A stretch of DNA of 64,000 bases. Source: the human T2T-CHM13v2.0 reference genome, Homo sapiens. Of this stretch, positions 29,145 through 42,569 are shown piece by piece. Position 1 is the first letter of the stretch. Each line of letters begins with the position of its first letter. The position numbers were made by a program, and so were the translations under genes. The stretch lies in the NCBI RefSeq assembly GCF_009914755.1, contig NC_060936.1. One strand, written 5' to 3'. The notes beneath the pieces were generated by a model. It was not told the DNA's origin. It did not search any database and saw nothing but the letters and a program-made list of their open reading frames with translations.

Positions 29145-29592
29145 CTGGTCAGGGGAGACAACAAATTACAGGGAACACGTCCAAGACAAGCCTCCAGAGA
29201 CCTCACCAGATCTAGCCTTTCACCCACCCAACAAAGGACATCAGAAAGCCCCATAGTTCACAGGGGTCCTTGGTATGATTTCTATTTATGTCCCCATCCC
29301 TCCAAGGTTGGTGGAGAATTTGTGGGGTGGGTAGACAGACACACGGAAGGAATTGGAGCAGCTGTGAGAGAGGGTGAGACAATGCAGAGATCCCTGTAGG
29401 TGGTGTAGGGTGGAGAGGGAAGTGTAACATGTTGAGTGAAGATTAGGATAGAGATTTCCTGTGTGGGAGTGGGGAAGGATCCATGCGTATGTGCAACAGC
29501 GGCCACACTACTCTGTGCTCTATAAAACCACAGCACGTGAGAGTTTATCATCAAACAACAAGGCTAATTTGATACATCTTCAAAGATCTACA

Positions 29593-29780
29593 TCAGTGAT
29601 TCTCAAATTTGAGTGTGCAGCACAACCACCTGGAGGGCTGTTAAAATACAGATTTCTGGGTCCCACTCCCCAAGTTTCTGATTCAACAGGTCTGGGATGT
29701 GGGCCTGGAATCTGCATTTCCAACATGTTTCCAGGTGATTTTGATACTGCTGGTCCAGGACTACCCTTTAGGAACCACTT
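29593..29780. mobile_element. MER5A
   Basis: CAGTGATTCTCAAA...AATCTGCATTTCCAAC...GAACCACT. Confidence 0.75.
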
Positions 29781-31053
29781 TATCTACATGAGACTTTGAG
29801 ACTATATAATGTTTTGAAAAGCAAGAATGGTACAAAAGCAGAAGACCCAAAGATAATCGTTCTCTACTTTGGGGACTTGCTGGGCATCAGGCCTACAGAC
29901 AGGATAGCTCCTGATCCCACCCAAGGGTCAGACGCTCCAGGCTGGGACATTCTCAGGTATGGCTGGGAAGCATAGGTCTTTCTTTCCTCCCTCTATCACA
30001 GGTCTTTAAAGAAAACAAAATTAAATTAAGTTGCCTCCCACTTCATCCCCCAAATACCTTCCCCAACCAGTTAAAGGAATTATGATATTCTTAAAATACT
30101 GTGTTGCTGTAAAAAAGCATCCTTACATACTGACATGGAAAGATCTCGTTACGTGATGACAATAAGGTACAGAACAGAGTGTATTTACTGCCATTTGTAT
30201 AGATTTTGTGGGGAAATATATTTACAAATTTGCTTGCATATGCGTAAGGACTTCTGGAAGGAAGCCCATGTTGGTTGCCTCTGGGTGGGGAGGAGAACTA
30301 GGAGGCTAGGGGCAGAAGTAGGAGGGAAACTTTCCTTATATACTTTCTAAGCTTTTTGAATTTTGAAGCATGGGAATGTATTATGTATCTGATCATTTAA
30401 ATCGTTAAAATTAAAACATACAAAACAACTAAAAAAACTTTTTCACACATTGTGACCACATTGCCTGAAATTCTGTTATAACCTATTCCTGAGAGCTCAC
30501 AAGGGAACATCCCTGGGAGGGTTTTGATGAGTGAGACTCTCAGCCATTCACACTTTGAAGGTAATGAGCTCAATCAGAGAGCTTTTCTAACACTTAGCCA
30601 TAGAAATTGGAGCCATGGGGTACTTCTGGTGAGGAAGTCTGGGATCATGGTGTTACAAGAAAGGACAGCAACTCTAGCTAGGGCCCGGGGGAGACCAAGG
30701 ACTCTGAGATGTTAGAGAAGGGCATAGAAAGAGATGTGGTTGGGCCAAACCCAGAAGAAATGTCCTTTTTATATTTGGCTCACAGTCTGCCATAGGCCAA
30801 GCACAGCTGTCACTTCCCTCTTGTCAGGACTTTCCACACATGTACCCTGGGAGGCCAGGGAAATGAAGAATGGAGAGCAGAGGATTAGGGCTACTTGGTA
30901 ATGCTGGAATGATCTACTATGCAAGGGAAACATTTTGTCCTCTGTGTTCACATCTGGGGACGATGTAGAGGAAATTGTGATCAAGGAGAAAGGAAGCTCT
31001 GGCATATGCCTAGAAGTTGTTTAAGAGGGGGAAGTAGAAAAGACTTGGTTTAC

Positions 31054-31158
31054 TTCTCTCTTATATTCCTCTTGCTCTTCTTTCAGGGTCATCTCTATGA
31101 ACACCTGCTGCAGCTTCTCATTGCAGTAGTTGATCACAAATTGCTCAAAGCTATTATC
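31054..31158 (-). CDS. MYO1A: MYO1A exon ([18 protein letters not shown]...YKRE), relay helix
   Basis: 105 nt; NSFEQ..NY.NEKLQQ motif. Confidence 0.96.
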
Positions 31159-31301
31159 CTGAGAGAGGGAGCACAGGTTAGAGAGCTCACTCCAAGACTG
31201 TTTCTCCGTCTCAGTCCTACCTCCCCTCCCTCACATCCCCCCTGTGAGCCTGTCCACCTCTAATCCTAGGGGAGCAGGGTGCTGAGGTGAGGCACTCTCA
31301 C

Positions 31302-31367
31302 CTCTAATATCTCAAAACCGTAGATATCAAGGACTCCCATTACCTTCTTCTTTTCCCCGATGCCCAC
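31302..31367 (-). CDS. MYO1A: MYO1A exon (VGIGEKKKVMGVLDIYGFEILE), switch II
   Basis: 66 nt; DIYGFE. Confidence 0.96.
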
Positions 31368-31849
31368 CTGAAGAGGAGAGAAAGATAAATCTGAGGACAG
31401 GCCCCCTCTGCACACCAGGCCAGGTCCTTCTGGAGCGGATGGGGTTGGAGTAGGGGGCAAACAGAACTAGCAAGAGCTTTGCCAAACTGGAAAGGAATTG
31501 TTGTGATTTTACTCTCCCTCCTCCACACACTAGAGAACAAGCAAAGAGGGAGGAAAGGAGGAAAAGGAAGATACAGATAGATTCCAGGATGGTGCTCCGA
31601 TGGTACCAGGTAGAAAGACAATAAAACCTCTCAGGACAATAACCATCTCTTATATTTGTAGAGCATTTTACAAAAGATTCCATGTCTTTATTTATCATAA
31701 CCTTATAAGGTATTATTGTTCCCATTTTACAGATAACAAAGTCAAATTTCAGAAGGATAGGTACTTACCAAGCCTAGACTCAAATTCCTTCTTATTCTAC
31801 TACCTTTCAGTAATAGCTTCTAAATAGATGGCACTTCCATGTGGATAAT

Positions 31850-32410
31850 TTGTTAATAACAGCTTTACTGAATATAATTCACATACCATGTACAATTCAG
31901 TGGCTTTTTAGTATATTCAAAAGGTTGTACAACCATCACCACTATCTAATTTCAGAACATTTTCACCACCCCACAAAAGAAATCCTATACCCATTATTAG
32001 TCACTCCCCATACCCCTCTCCCCCCAGCCCTTGGCATTCATTGATCTACTTCCCATCTCTATGAATTTGCCTATTGTGGACATTTCATATGAATGGAATC
32101 AAACAAAATGTGGTCTTTTGTGACTACCTTCTTTCACTCAGCATAATGTTTTCCAGGCTCATCAATCTTGAAGCATGTATCAGTACTTCATTCTTTTTAT
32201 GGACAAATAACATTCTTTTGTACAGATATACCACATTTTGTTTATCTCTTCATCAGTTGATGGACATTTGGGCTGTTTCTACTTTTTGGCTATTACAAAT
32301 AAGGCTTCTGTGAACATTTGTGCACAAATTTTAGTGAGGACATCTAATTTCAGTTCTCTTGGGTATATACCTAGGAGTGGGAATTGTGGTATCATATGGT
32401 AACTATTTAC
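31850..32410 (-). mobile_element. Old L1M (L1MB-like) 3' fragment
   Basis: Recognisable reverse L1M 3'UTR (GACATTTCATATGAATGGAATC; GGGTATATACCTAGGAGTGG). Confidence 0.75.
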
Positions 32411-32489
32411 ATAATTTATCTGATCCTTATTAAACCCTGTGAAGCAGGTAGGAATGCATTAGTGTTTCTTAAATAGTTTTTTATTTAAC

Positions 32490-32640
<151 letters not shown>

Positions 32641-32941
32641 TAGTGGGCATTTCCAAATCAGGACACTGAGGCCCAGAACCTTTGTGAAATTGAAAGTCCA
32701 CATGACTTTTTACTTAATTGAAAGTCCACATGACTTTGAATTAAGTAAGTAGATGATATATCCAGATTGTCTAACTCAAAAGCCAGTGATGTTTCCATGA
32801 CAACACACTGTTAGAAGGAACTGTACCCTCCCCATCATCCTCCCTACTCTGCTCATCTCAGAAACCAAGATATAGGGCTGGTGACAGGGCAGGAAGGTGA
32901 GGCAGACAGGAGAGCATGGAGAAAGCAGAGCGGCCACTTGC

Positions 32942-33028
32942 CTTGATGCTCTCATTGATTCGATTCACTATCCAGTCAAAGAGGCGGCTGTAGATGTTCT
33001 TAGCCAGGGCGTCCCGAGCATACTGAGC
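32942..33028 (-). CDS. MYO1A: MYO1A exon ([29 protein letters not shown]), GC donor
   Basis: 87 nt; AAG|GCAAGT. Confidence 0.93.
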
Positions 33029-33109
33029 CTGTGGGTGAGGCACAGCTGATTAGGGTGGCATCACAGAACAGGGTCGAAACAGCCCCCTCCACTCCAGTGA
33101 GCTCCTTAC

Positions 33110-33228
33110 CTGCATAACATTCAGTGCAGTGACCACCTTTTCCTTGGCTGTTTCCATGGTCCTCGAGCACAAAGCTCTCTCTACTTCTTCTGAATTCAAG
33201 CCCACCATCTCCCCAATCTCCCGAACAC
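33110..33228 (-). CDS. MYO1A: MYO1A exon (VREIGEMV...LNVMQ)
   Basis: 119 nt, AG/GT bounded. Confidence 0.95.
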
Positions 33229-33725
33229 CTGGGATAATGAGAAAGTACAGCATGTCCTTAGAGGCAGCTTTCTCTCAGGGGAGGGAGTGCAATCTGATAA
33301 GTGAAACTGCCTGAGACACTGGTGTCCTGGGGTCTCACTGGAGAAGTCATTGCAGCCAACCCAGAACATGGCCCTGGAGGAATCTCAGGGAGTTGGGGGA
33401 CAGAAGAAAGGGGATCTGGGCATTTTGCATGTATCATCTACTTTAATATGAGAATCTCCTGAATTAGGTGTGATTATCCCCATTCTGCAGAAGAATCAAC
33501 TCAGACTCAGAGAATTTCCAGACCTAGATATATCAAATTTCAAAAGCTCATTCCAATATGCTTCATCGGGAGTTCTCAGTGAGTCTGTTTAGGGGAGAAC
33601 TCAGGAGTGGGCTGAGTGGGACTGCATCAGGGTGAGATCAATTATGCTAGAGATGGTAGAAGGACACGACTTGTAGTAGGAAATTCAGGGTCTGGGTAGG
33701 AGCTCCAGCAGGCTGGGATGCAGAC

Positions 33726-33873
33726 CTCTCCCATCACGGATGCCACTTGCTGGTATCCCACTGGCCTGGAACTCATCAGCCACCAACACGTTCCCCAGCT
33801 TTAGCACCATGGATGTCACCTCTAGCACTTGTCGAATCTCCTCCTCCGAGAACCCAATCACTGCCATTGCACT
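33726..33873 (-). CDS. MYO1A: MYO1A exon (SAMAVIGFSEEE...IRDGR)
   Basis: 148 nt, AG/GT bounded. Confidence 0.95.
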
Positions 33874-33975
33874 CTTAGGCAGAAAGCAGAAATCAAAAGC
33901 TGAACTGTTGGTGCCAGTCCAATGCGAATAGAGGATGACCTAAGGGCCCAAGCCTGCCTCACCCTGGGCACCCAC

Positions 33976-34079
33976 CTGTACAGCCCTGAAGCTGGAGGCG
34001 TCGTCCATGCCATCCACTCTGGATACTTCATGATTCAGATAGGCATAGCCAGTTGTATCCCGCTCAAGCTTCAGGGCCT
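33976..34079 (-). CDS. MYO1A: MYO1A exon (ALKLERDTTGY...FRAVQ)
   Basis: 104 nt, AG/GT bounded. Confidence 0.95.
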
Positions 34080-34262
34080 CTGGGAGGGCCAGTGTTGGGG
34101 AAGATGGTTAGTACCCAGGCTCTCTGGAGCCCTCCAGCCTTGACACCTCACAGCCCTTGCCCTAATGGATTCATTCACTTATCCAAAGGAGTCATTTTTG
34201 TTTTGGGTTCTTCCCCTGCCTCCTTTGTTTTGGGATCATTAATTCCTGTGATGATAGACTAA

Positions 34263-34552
<290 letters not shown>

Positions 34553-35789
34553 TAACAGACTAAATTTTTAAGTATACTTTTAAGTAGTGTTTAGGGTTTT
34601 GATGCTCATATTGATTGGGTTTTCCCCCAACTTTTATGAAACAAAACCCTCATTTTACTCTTCTCCCTACCCTCAGGGTTCTAAACAATAAAAATAAACA
34701 AGCAACCCTTCCATCCTACGCAGGTGCCTCTGGACGGTGAAGGTAAGGGGAGAAGGGTAAGCGCATATCTCCTGCCTGCCCCCAGCCTCAACTCTTGGCG
34801 TGGGTTGCTCATTCATTGTTTGAACACCAAACACCAATAAAGTGGCAGGTAGCATGTTCCCTGACCCTGACACCTCTTCTGAAAAGTTTTCTCTGATGCT
34901 GAGGGCCTGAGCCAAATGGCTGTCTTGCATTCCCCACTGGTGAATCTATATCCCAGCCCATATCATATGGGCTAGGTTTTGTTTTTTTCTGTCTCTCCCA
35001 TAAATGAGCAACTTGTGGGTTGGGACTGTGTTTCTCATCTCCATATTCTGTGTGCCTTTCTGGCATGCAGGAAATTTTCTCTTTTTAATAAATGAATCAA
35101 GTGAATGATCAAAGCTGTTTCCCTAGGATGGGAGGGATTCGGTTAATCATGGAGTTTGAGGGATGTCAATTATCTGGTATGCAAATGATCTGAGAATCAG
35201 GGAGTATCCCTCAAACTATAGTCTAATGGCAGCTCCCCCAGCACACAAAGTTTGAAACAAGGGCCTGCTAAGGAGGGTATCTGGAGGGAGAATGAGTCAG
35301 AATGTCTGGGGATGATGATACCTGGGAGACCTCATCTAGAGTTGATTTAAACCAATAGATGACAGACCAACCAGAACAAGACACTAATGCCCATGATGCA
35401 GACAAGTTGAACATAACCAAAACTATTAAGCCAGGAAAGAGCATGAGATCTGCAGGGGTTCCTGAAGATCACAGAGATCTCCAAGAGTGGAAAAGGAGAT
35501 AGCACAGGTCTATCATAGAATCACCAGAAACCAAAGAGACATTCTTAGGGGCCAGACACCCACGGTGCTCACAGCCAGAGAGGAGATTGGGAGGCAAACT
35601 CCAGTAGGGCTTAAAGTCCACCAGACACTCCAGTGATGCCCACCCAGAGCCACTTCAGGCCAGTCCAGCATCCAGGCTGTGATGGACCCTTCCCCAGGCC
35701 AAGCCAAGGGGCTCTAGGTCTTCTGCTCTTATAGCCAGCTGCACAGGCCTGATGGCCCCGATCACACAATATTACAATGGATCTGCTCA

Positions 35790-35945
35790 CACACCTCTTA
35801 TCCCTAGAAGACTATAAGTTCTTCGAGGACAGGGTCATGTCTTACTCAACTCTGTATCCCTAGAGGCTAGCATAATATTTGATCATAGGTGTTCAAGAGA
35901 TGTTGAATGAATGAATAAATGAATGAGTGAATGAATGAATGAAAA
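35790..35945 (+). mobile_element. L2 3' end with (TGAA)n tail
   Basis: CTAGA...GGGTCATGTC...TGAATGAAT repeats. Confidence 0.6.
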
Positions 35946-36421
35946 GAAAATCAGGAACAGGGTCCTAGGTAAGGCAGATGTAGACCCAGGACAGCTTCAA
36001 CTAGAGTTCACTGAAAGTTCCTGAACACTTACAACATTCTGCCTGCTTCCCTGCTTTAATTAAATCCCCTTAAGTTGAAGGTAGGAAGGAAAGTAGATGG
36101 ATATAAGTGTTTTATATTTGAAGCCAGCTCAGGGAAAGCAGAACCCAGGCAGGAAAGAGGAACGAGAACAGTGAAGAGGCAAGAAGGCATATCCCTGGCA
36201 ATAAAACCCCAGAAAAGGAAGAGAACACAGGGGTAAAGGAATTTGTTCCCAACAATGAGTGGGTGAGGCTGAGAATGGGAAATGCAGCAAGGAAAATCTG
36301 GGAGGCTCAAGGGAAGAGGGCTGTAGGGGCCCAGAGGGAACAGGGGTTCTGGGACTGAATGGAGGTTGGGGACTTTGCCATGTGTCACTCATGAGGACAC
36401 TTTCCCCATGCAGGCACATAC

Positions 36422-36520
36422 TCAGCAGCTGTTCATCTGCTCCAGCCAGCAGCTGATAGAAGATGTGGAAGTTCCTTTCTCCTTTGAGCTGCTTCACTAA
36501 TCGGGATTTCTCAAGCAGAT
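36422..36520 (-). CDS. MYO1A: MYO1A exon (LLEKSR...[11 protein letters not shown])
   Basis: 99 nt; canonical myosin motif. Confidence 0.96.
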
Positions 36521-36732
36521 CTGGCAGAGAATTAGAAAAATAATATCCTGAGGGCCTGGGAGATGCCGTAGCTTCTCCAGCCCTACTGGAGAATGCCCCC
36601 ATCGCCGGCATTCCTAGTGGTTGGGAAGTCTCCTTGACGTCTAACATTCTGCCTTTCTACAGGAACAGATTAGCAGAAAGGGCCATGGGAGGCAGGTGGA
36701 AGACAGGTGAGTGGAATTGGGGAGACACGTAC

Positions 36733-36796
36733 AGTTTGTGATGACACCACCGAGGGGGGATCCCTTGAAGTCAAATTCAATATCCATGTATTTTCC
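36733..36796 (-). CDS. MYO1A: MYO1A exon (GKYMDIEFDFKGSPLGGVITN)
   Basis: 64 nt, AG/GT bounded. Confidence 0.95.
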
Positions 36797-36930
36797 CTTC
36801 AGAGAGAGACCAGAGAGAGAGACTTAGCTTCTTCCTCTTCTCACCACCCTGCCTGGAAGGGGTCTGTGCCACATTCCTCCCTCTTAAGCCCCCACATCCT
36901 CTCTTCCCAGGTGGGGAGACATTTACTCAC

Positions 36931-36977
36931 AAATCGGGAGGAATTGTTGTTGCGAATGGTCTTGGCATTGCCAAAAG
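36931..36977 (-). CDS. MYO1A: MYO1A exon (AFGNAKTIRNNNSSRF), switch I
   Basis: 47 nt; NxNSSR. Confidence 0.96.
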
Positions 36978-37172
36978 CTACAGAGATGAGGAGGGGAGAA
37001 GTGAAACTCTAGAGAAGGGAAAGGAGGAAGGGCTTCCAGTCCTCATGACAATCTCAGATTTTTCTGGGTCGAACAAGAGAGGTGATTTTGCAGCACTGGG
37101 GAAGAGGGTCTAGGGCTCAGTGATTCTGGGGGTTAGATGGAGGGTGGAGAGGGCAGAGAGCAGAATTCTCAC

Positions 37173-37277
37173 CCTCCAGCACTGGGTTAGACTGTAGCAG
37201 CTGCTCCTTCACAGAGTTCACCTGCTCTCCTTTCCCACAGACGGCAGCCACATAAGACATCACCAGCTTGCTGGCCT
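37173..37277 (-). CDS. MYO1A: MYO1A exon (EASKLVMSY...SNPVLE)
   Basis: 105 nt, AG/GT bounded. Confidence 0.95.
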
Positions 37278-37496
37278 CTGTGCAGGCAAAACGCTCTCAT
37301 GGGTCCCCACCCAGGACTAGCCCATCCCCCCACCTCCTTAACTTGCTTCACCCCAGTGCCTCACCACCCCTTGGAGTCAGAAAAAGTGGAAAGGAAGTTC
37401 TGTGGGGTGGAGGGTCAGGTCTAGGTCTGGCTTGCAAAGAGACAAGGAAGCAGTTCCAGAGGTGACTCCATGTGTTCCCCCAGCCAGGGGCCTCAC

Positions 37497-37591
37497 CAGT
37501 CTTCCCTGATCCACTCTCGCCTGTGATGAGGATACACTGGTCTCGGTCCCTGTCCCTCAGTGACTGGTACGCCACATTTGCCAATGCGTAG
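37497..37591 (-). CDS. MYO1A: MYO1A exon with P-loop (YALANVAY...GESGSGKT)
   Basis: 95 nt; GESGSGKT. Confidence 0.97.
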
Positions 37592-37858
37592 CTTGTGGGG
37601 AGGAAGTGGGCAATGACTATTGTGAAACCAGTTCAAGACACCATCTTTCACTCAATCTCCAGCACGCAGGTTCATCCACTCTCTCTACTTGGAGCAGACT
37701 GGGCAAGATGTGACAGGCCTTGGAAGGGGCCTCCAGAAGGCCAGGGAAGGAAGGGGCAGCTGGAGAAGCCCCTTCAGGGGAAGGGACAAAGGAAATTAGG
37801 ATGACTCAGTGTCAAGAAGCTGGGGCCCTGTCAGCCTTCCCTTGGTCCCCCTACTCAC

Positions 37859-37974
37859 ATATGGGGCTTCAGCTCATAGAAAGTATAGTCTTGATATTTG
37901 GCAATGAACTCTGGCCCATAGATGGGAAGCTGTTGATAGGGATTCACTGAGATCACCACATTCCCAATGTAGGT
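37859..37974 (-). CDS. MYO1A: MYO1A exon (TYIGNVVISVNPY...KPH)
   Basis: 116 nt, AG/GT bounded. Confidence 0.96.
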
Positions 37975-38079
37975 CTGGAGCCAGGAAGAAGGTGAAGGGA
38001 ATGAGCTTGAGGGTGAGGTGGGAGCCTGTGACCTCTCCAGCCACATATCCACAGCCAGAGGCACCCATATGACACTCAC

Positions 38080-38193
38080 ATAAATCTCCTTGTTTTCATA
38101 GCGAAGCTGAAGATTCTTGAGCAGTGACTCCTCCACCAAGGGTTCCAGGAGGACAAGATCCTCCACCCCCACAGAACCTTCCAGGAGAGGCAT
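38080..38193 (-). CDS. MYO1A: MYO1A first coding exon (MPLLEGSVGVEDLVLL...KEIY)
   Basis: ATG 38193; acceptor 38213; TAT|GTGAGT. Confidence 0.96.
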
Positions 38194-39756
38194 GTCCAGA
38201 GGGGCCACTGATCCTGGGAATAAGAGGCACAGTTTGCTGATGTCCACTCAGCTTTAGGGGCCAGTAACTGTTTGAGGGGAGGATGGCAGAAGGACCAAAA
38301 GAGCCTTCCTCTCTTCCTACCCTGGCCCTAAAGAGAGCCCCCAACCTAGGAGAGGCCTCTGGACCAGCCCAAGCTAATAGGGAGGCTGAAACTCTCAGCA
38401 GGAGGTGGGGGAGATCCTCTGCTGCCTGGGTTACAGTTGGTGGGGGTGGGGCAGGGGTGGAACAGGAACACCTTCCTCTGACCACCAGGGGAAGGCAGGC
38501 ACCCAGTGGGCTACAACTGGGGGAGCAGAGTTGTGACTGAAGGAGAGAGGGCTGAGGAGGAAAGTGTAAGCAAAGACTTGTGCTGCCGCCAGGTACAGAA
38601 AGCCCTCTCTCTCCTACAATGGGCCCTGGCCAGGGTCCAGACTCCCCATCTACCCCCAGTGCTTCTTCTCAACACCTTACCTCTCACAGCCCCTATTAAA
38701 GACACCCAACCTACCCATAACCATTTCAGAAGTTCTTCCAAAGGTCTCTCCTTCCCTGTCATTGCTACAGTGAGCTTCATTTTTAAAATGGGAACTTGAC
38801 AAGGCAGAATTATAGAGGATAGAGGCAGGATTCCTCCATAAGAGATTGGAATTTCCCAAAGAAAATGAAAGTGGGGTTTGCTTCCCCAACAAACAGGCAG
38901 TTGTCAGGACCTCTGGATGTGCTACATGTCTGTCTCTATTTTTCCATCTCTAGCTTTTACACCCACTCCTGTAAACTTCTGGCATGGACTTTGCCCCAGA
39001 GGGACACACCTAGCTTCTTGCGGGAGTGGGCAAGGAGGAGCACAGTTGGAACTACAGGGAGGGTGGTGGGGCTTGGCCCCCATGCAGTAGGCACATGGCA
39101 GGTGTTCCCTAAGGAGGAAACCTGGCCCTCCTCAGTCTTTCCTGTGAGACTGAGTAGGCAGAGTGGCCAGGCACAGGACAGGATTATTAGTACAATGGTC
39201 AAGGCCACTCCTGAACAGGAATGAAAGAGACACATCCTCCTATGCTATTGCATCTCTGAACCCGGGTGGAGGAGCGGAGGAAGGAGGAACGGAAGTGGGG
39301 CAAGAAGGGGCACAGGCTTCCTTCTCCCTTCACTTGGCTTTCCCCAAGCTCTAGGAAAAGAGAGCACTTGTCACTTACCAGAAGGACACAACTGAGGAAG
39401 CAATAAGAATATCAATAATAGCAGTCTCTAGGAATCATGCAGCGTTTACCACGAACTGGGCAGGGCTCTAAGCACTGTACATACACTAATTCATTTAGTG
39501 CTTACAATATCCCCATGAAGTAGATACTATTTTTGTATTTTCTAGATTTTACAAAAAGCTAAGTCTTTTAACTAACTTGGCAGGGAAGGGTGAGAAGCAG
39601 AAGGTGGGTTGGGAGCAGTCATCTTCTTTGGATTTGGATTTGAAGGGAGTGGGAATGTGACTGGTTGAGGGTGGGGAAGGGAAAAAGGCAAGAGGCCCCA
39701 GATGGGGCGCCCCAAGGTGTTAAAGAGAAGCAGTGACAGGTCAAGGCAGGACTCAC

Positions 39757-39980
39757 CCAACACTGGAACTAGGGTATAACTTCACTGTCCTTGGAGAATG
39801 GTGGATGAAATCTCAATTTGACAGGAATGGGGCATAAGAGTCCTGGCCCCAGGATGGAGAGGTGGCTTAATGGGAGCTGTCCATGGTGCAAGGAAGCTGG
39901 GAAAAAGGCTGCCCTCCTCTTGCCAGTGTCCACTCTTCTGATTTTCCCTTTTGCTGCCTCTTCCAGCCCAGGCTCCCTGT
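39757..39980 (-). other. MYO1A: MYO1A non-coding 5' exon (5' end approximate)
   Basis: TGG|GTGAGT donor at 39757; matches recalled 5'UTR. Confidence 0.7.
39873..39892 (+). promoter_or_regulatory. RE1/NRSE (REST) motif
   Basis: GGAGCTGTCCATGGTGC matches the first 17 nt of GGMGCTGTCCATGGTGCTGA. Confidence 0.65.
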
Positions 39981-40016
39981 GCCAGTCAAACCAGGAGAGG
40001 CCGGAGATGGCTGATC

Positions 40017-40030
40017 AGCACAAAGTCCAG
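40017..40030 (+). promoter_or_regulatory. HNF4 motif (CAAAGTCCA) in MYO1A proximal promoter
   Basis: Exact HNF4-type core at 40021-40029, ~45 bp upstream of the inferred exon 1; fits enterocyte expression. Confidence 0.6.
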
Positions 40031-40272
40031 ACTGTTCCTGCTGAGGGTGTGGCTCACTTAACCCTTCACAGGCCTGAAGCCCCAGAGGGAGACACTCAAG
40101 CTCCCTCTAGGTAGGAAAGGGTATCTGGCTGGCGTTAGCTGAGAGGCTTAACTAAAGGAGGGTTCTTGCTCCATTGTCTCCCAAATTTGGAAATGAAAGC
40201 TGGAAGAATGGAATTTATAGCCAAGGAAAATATTTCCCAAAGAGAAGTCAGGAATTTTGTCAAGGACAGGTA

Positions 40273-40395
40273 GGGCCAAGTGCGGTTGCTCATGCCTATA
40301 CTCCCAGCACTTTGGGAGGCCAAGGCGGGAGGATCACTTGAGCCCAGGAGTTCGAGACCAGCCTAGGCAACATGGCGAGACACGTCTTTACAAAG
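40273..40395 (+). mobile_element. Alu left monomer / FLAM
   Basis: Left arm only. Confidence 0.75.
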
Positions 40396-41546
40396 AGTGT
40401 CTTCCTAGCAAAAAAACAGTACCTCCCTCATACCTACTCTTCCTATCTTATCGGGAGTCAGGGGATGTTAATGAGATTACTTGGAGAGCTAAGCAGACAA
40501 AATCCCCAAATTCTTCTCCACTTCCCTTCCCCCATGAATCAGACCCTATCATAGAGACCCAAAGATTAAAGTGATTAGTAATAATACCTCACATGTGTAT
40601 AGATGTCCCAGTTTCATTGAACTCCCCCTTGCATTGCCTCACTGAATAGCACCACCCCGAGGAAGGCAATACAGATACTCCATTAAAATGGAAAACTAGG
40701 AACAAACACCAGACTCAGAGAGGTTACACAATGTGCCCACAGTTCCATGCTAGTGCATGGCAGAACCAGGAACAGAATGCAGCTCCCTAAGTTTGCCAAA
40801 AGTTGCAGCCCAAGTTCTGAAGTTTCTAATTTTAATTCGTCAGCACTAGGATACTGAGTAAGACCCTGAGCTAATGTAATAGCTCCCTCTGATAGATAAG
40901 AAGTACCCCTTCATCCAGCCAGGAAAATTCCTAAAAACAGCAAGCCCCCTCTGCCTACCATCCTCTCTCCCAGGCATGCAGAAAGAACAAATTAGGTAAT
41001 TATAGACACTTAACTGAAGAGAGACTTGATTCTCCAACTCTCAGCTATGGCTGCTTGGTGCAAGGTCCAAACTCTATGGCTCTCACAGAAGCACTCTGCG
41101 TAAGCCTGGCACATCAGCAGTTCTATTATCAACCTGCCTTTACATAATTTATTGATCTACTACATATATTTGAAGGTGGAGGGGGGCAAGGAAAAGAGAG
41201 AAAGCTGAGTGGAAGTGACATCAAAACATAATGCTATGTGTAGGTGGAGCAGTATCCATGTCCTAGAGGCAGAAGTGACAAATATCACCTATTTACCAGT
41301 GGAGGAAACAGATCTAGAGTGAGAAAACCACTTTTCCAGGGTCACACCACTGCAAACCTGGCAGAGCTGGCACCAAAACCCAAGTCTCATGTTCTCTAGG
41401 CCAGGAATCTGCAGCCATCTGGGGTTTACCTGCATGTCCACCCATTCAGTCAACTGAGTGCCTACTATGTGCTTACTCACGAGAAAAGTGACTCTAAAAT
41501 GAGATGGCACTCTCAGGTGTAAGAACAATGACATGAACATCACAGC

Positions 41547-41663
41547 TAGGGCAACCAACTGTACTGATCCGCCTGTGGGACACAGTGGGGTTCTCTGGAC
41601 ATGGGAATTTGAGTGTTAAAACTAGGAAAGTCCCAGGCAAACTGGAGCCAGTGGGTCAGCCTA
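41547..41663. mobile_element. MER94-like hAT-Blackjack MITE
   Basis: Imperfect TIRs TAGGGCAACC...GGTCAGCCTA; GAAAGTCCCAGGCAAACTGG. Confidence 0.55.
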
Positions 41664-42000
41664 AATTAACAAGATATGAAATACACATCCAAGTCAGCTG
41701 GGATTTTCTAATCTCCTGCTTTCTAGGCAAAACTGAAGCAACCAGAGCGTATTAGTCTTCCTCTACTTTGACTCCTAAATCACCTTCCTTTTTCCCCCAT
41801 TAACATTTCTAGACCATGGAAGGGGCAAGAGGGAACTTTTTGGGGTTACAGAAATGGTCTATATCCTGATTGTGGTAGTGGTTATACAACTGTCTCCATT
41901 TGTCAAAACTCAGCAAATTTGTACACTTAAAACTGGCAAATTATATTGTTATGTAAATCGTACTTCAATAAAACTGGCAAAAAAAAAAAAAAAAATTCTA

Positions 42001-42367
<367 letters not shown>

Positions 42368-42569
42368 TCACTCATTAATCTTCCCACAGGTACTAACTTT
42401 TAAAAAGATGTTACACAATAAAAAGGCAGCTATTTTCAGATATGGTGAGGAAGACATTTGGTGGTAGAGGGTCTTCTCGGCTCTCATAAACTATCTGGTA
42501 CTAATAACATTTATCATACTTAGACTGGACTAAGATGTGCCAGGCAACAAGCTAAGTGCTTTACATCAT

